From: Podarcis vaucheri
Lineage: Eukaryota
Direction: 5' to 3' (one strand)
DNA: 64,000 nt
Assembly: GCA_965113315.1 (NCBI GenBank)
Contig: OZ220367.1
The position numbers and the translations under genes were made by a program. This document shows, piece by piece, positions 61,295-64,000 of this stretch. The notes under the pieces are model-generated. The model did no database searches and was not told where the DNA came from. It saw nothing but the letters and a program-made list of their open reading frames with translations. Position 1 is the first letter of the stretch. Each line of letters starts with the position of its first letter.

Positions 61295-61315
61295 AAGAGC
61301 ACCACGGACAGTAGG
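61295..61315 (+). promoter_or_regulatory. RE1/NRSE-like (REST) element in KNDC1 intron 1
   Basis: aagAGCACCACGGACAGtagg has 14 contiguous matches to the consensus TTCAGCACCACGGACAGCGCC. The outer positions mismatch. Confidence 0.5.
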
Positions 61316-61535
61316 GGGGAGAATTAAGAAGAACAGGAGAGGAATGGAACAACTGGAAGTCACCATAAAAGTGCACTGTGTGAAAGAGACATGCGTCTTC
61401 TAGATCTTTTGTCCTAGAAAGCCTTAAACTTGCTGGAAACATGTTGGGTTTGTGTATTATAGATTATATTTGACACAATTGGCTACAAGTAATGTCAAAA
61501 AATGTGGAGTAATTTATGAATTCATGTCTTGGCAG

Positions 61536-61734
61536 GAGAACGTGTCTCTTGCTGATGTATTGTCACTGCGGGATAGCTGTCTCACTGAGGAAGATGTCTG
61601 GGCTGTTTGCTTGGAGTGTAGCCAGTCTCTGAAGAGCATTGCCCATTCTGCAATCTTTCAGACACTTTGCATTACTCCTGACACTTTGGCTTTTAACACC
61701 AATGGCAATGTATGCTTCATGGAGCAGATCAGTG
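61536..61734 (+). CDS. KNDC1: KNDC1 coding exon 2 (start of first KIND domain)
   Basis: Acceptor ttggcag| and donor |gtaagt, 199 nt. ENVSLADVLSLRDSCLTEEDVWAVCLECSQSLKSIAHSAIFQTLCITPDTLAFNTNGNVCFMEQIS matches KNDC1 KIND1 and is in frame with exon 1. Confidence 0.96.
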
Positions 61735-63190
61735 GTAAGTATTTATGCTCCTAGGCAATTCATTGCAAAGTGCAAAAACTCACGCTGAGAGGATGTAGTG
61801 AAACATTATATTCTCTCCATCAGACTTGTACATGGATTTTAATTAGATTGGAAACTGTAATTTCTTAATGCAAGGATGAGTGTCAGCCCACGTAAAGCTA
61901 AATTAGGATATATCAACTAATACTGTATGTTCATTTAGTTGTTACAGTGTTGAACAAAGGTTTCCAATTCAAATTTTAATAAGCTTTTAGATTTGATTCA
62001 CTGGGCTAATCAATATCTTCCAAAGGATCTACATGATGATTGCTGCCATACACTTGTCTCAATGTGCTTTAAATCTAAGGAGAGTCTTACAACTAGGAGA
62101 GGATGTGAGGAACTGAGGAGGAGATGCCCTAGTAAAAACTGATGTAGCTGGCATTGGCAAAAAAAAATTTAAACAAACAATAGGTTACAGCCTTACGCAA
62201 CTTACTGTCCCTCCAGTGAATTGGTCTCATACTTGTTGGAAATAATGATGGCTAAGAATTAAATTCCAAACTATCTCCATATTCCATTAATCTGTATGCT
62301 GAACTACTATTGGCTAAGATGATCAGAGCAATGTTGCCTCGCCTCAGTATTTCTAAACATTATGAAGAAGAAGGCTGGAGGTAAACAAGAAGGCTGGATG
62401 CAAAGCTGGGTAACATTTAATCCTTCCGATGTGGCAAGAGGAAACCTATGAGGAAGTGGAGGTGATGGGGAGACATGGTTCTCCAGTAGGTGAGAGGAAT
62501 TGGGAATGTTCTGTTAATATAATTGTGTCCTGAAATGCTCATCCAGCCAGCAACAGAGAGTATACTCTGTTTTGGAGGTGAGGACTCTTTGCAAATATGG
62601 AGAGATGGGGTTAAAAATGAATGTGATGTGGGGAGCTGCCTGTAAGCAACTGGAGGAAGGATGGATCTCTGGAACCTGTCTGCTTGGAACTGAGGAAGAG
62701 AAGGCACATCAGAGCCAGCTTCTACTCTTCTGAGGCCTTGTGCAGATGGGCAAGTCAGAAGTAGAGTTGAGGGCTCCACCACAGATGCAAGATGTATTGC
62801 CTTTTATTCTGGGTAACTATGCTGGCCTTGAAATTAACTACCTGCCTTGGGCAAGTAACAGTAATTTCTAAGAAAGTAGCTTTCTCAGGTTATGTGACAC
62901 AAGATAAATGGGGCATATAACTTTGCTTATGTACTGGTAAATTTTTCATACTGTCCATCAAGCTATACTATATTAGCTCATTGGTTTTATTTTCATGTCT
63001 TGTATTTTTTCAAGCACCTTTAAATTGGGTCTAGCAGCTTGCAATACAAGATTTAATGGCTTCAACATGGATTTATTATCTGTCTAGCAGCATCTCAAAA
63101 CTCATTGTAGTAAATATGTAGTGGGGGCAACTATGTCTACTCTGTCATCAGAGGTGTTCTCTAAATGTTTTTGGGACTACTGACAAACAA

Positions 63191-63278
63191 GGTTGCAATC
63201 CTGGCACTGGTTACTTGGGAGTAAGCCCTAATGAATTCAGTGGGACCTACTTCTGAGTAGACTTGGTTAGGATTGCAG
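63191..63278. repeat. Short palindromic element (same family as 14180)
   Basis: ggttgcaatcct...tacttgggagtaagccctaatgaattcagtgggacctacttctgagtagac...taggattgcag. Confidence 0.8.
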
Positions 63279-63831
63279 GTGAGGAACCTATGCTGTCTTG
63301 ATATTGTTGGCAAGCAACTTCCATTATCCCTAACAATTGGCTATATTGACTGAAGCTGATAGGCGTTGGAATCCCAACAATGTTGGAAGGGCCACAATTC
63401 CTATAGGACGGAGATATAACCTCTCTCACTGATGTGCCATTTTATATATGAGGATGTCTGAGATGGGTGGGTAGGAGGAAGAGGTAGCATCCTTACTCAG
63501 CATAAAATAGTGCAGGGAGATGGTGTTGGTTGTTGGTTTAGTCTTATCTGGAGTTTCCACATCTGGGACAAGTGTGAGAAATGTAGTATGGACTTGTCCC
63601 ATTTTTGCTTTCCCCCCTGCAAAGTCAAGACCTCCTCCTATCACATTTGTTTTTCTTATTTGTCTAGGTACAACTTCCTCACTAATTCTAAGACTGCTGT
63701 ATAAATATCCTTGCGACCCTGAACTAAGACATCAGTCTTGTTTTTCCTCTTTGCTGTTTCTTGGACTTTACATTTGATGAAAAGCTTAGCGTGGAGAGGA
63801 TTTCAGATTGCCATTTCTGATTTGCCAGAAC

Positions 63832-64000
63832 TTGTTGTTTAGTCGTTTAGTTGTGTCCGACTCTTCGTGACCCCATGGACCAGAGCACGCCAGGCACTTC
63901 TGTCTTCCACTGTTTCCCGCAGTTTGGTCAGACTCATGTTTGTAGCTTCGAGAACACTGTCCAACCATCTCGTCCTCTGTCGTCCCCTTCTCCTTGTGCC
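63832..64000 (-). mobile_element. BovB (RTE clade) LINE 3' end, runs off the window
   Basis: The minus strand encodes TRRRGRQRTRWLDSVLEATNMSLTKLRETVEDRSAWRALVHGVTKSRTQLND*, followed by a (CAA) tail, typical of the BovB ORF C-terminus. Confidence 0.92.

Noticed and set aside
61452-61535. Upstream part of the 100-aa ORF around KNDC1 exon 2
   Set aside because: It is intronic; homology starts at ENVSLAD after the cag acceptor.
61735-64000. KNDC1 exon 3 (and, in 1-9280, earlier ADGRA1 exons)
   Set aside because: The expected peptides were not found by eye; these exons presumably lie outside the window.

Overview
This is vertebrate genomic DNA, almost certainly from a squamate reptile and probably a lacertid lizard. 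The taxonomic inference rests on Squam3-type tRNA-derived SINEs with (CTT)n tails, a BovB 3' end, CR1/L2 relics and many hAT and Tc1/mariner MITEs. Two neuronal genes lie head-to-tail on the + strand, in the order I recall for human 10q26.3. ADGRA1/GPR123 contributes its penultimate exon (9281-9382), its last coding exon (12914-14135, ending in the PDZ ligand ETTV) and an inferred ~3.3 kb 3' UTR. KNDC1/v-KIND contributes its CpG-island promoter, exon 1 CDS (59186-59272) and exon 2 (61536-61734). The ~41 kb intergenic region and the introns are a mosaic of transposon relics and TE-poor, motif-rich blocks that look like enhancers. Nearly all other ORFs in the track are spurious. I could not support a wholly new biological system. 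The best leads are an RE1/NRSE-like site and a uORF at KNDC1, short palindromic elements clustered around the KNDC1 promoter and in the ADGRA1 3' UTR, an intronic solo-LTR-like element with a hairpin over its TATA box, SINEs with different tRNA heads on one CR1 tail, and a structurally conserved 3' stem-loop in two SINE subfamilies. Repeat family names come from recognising termini and motifs, not from a database search.
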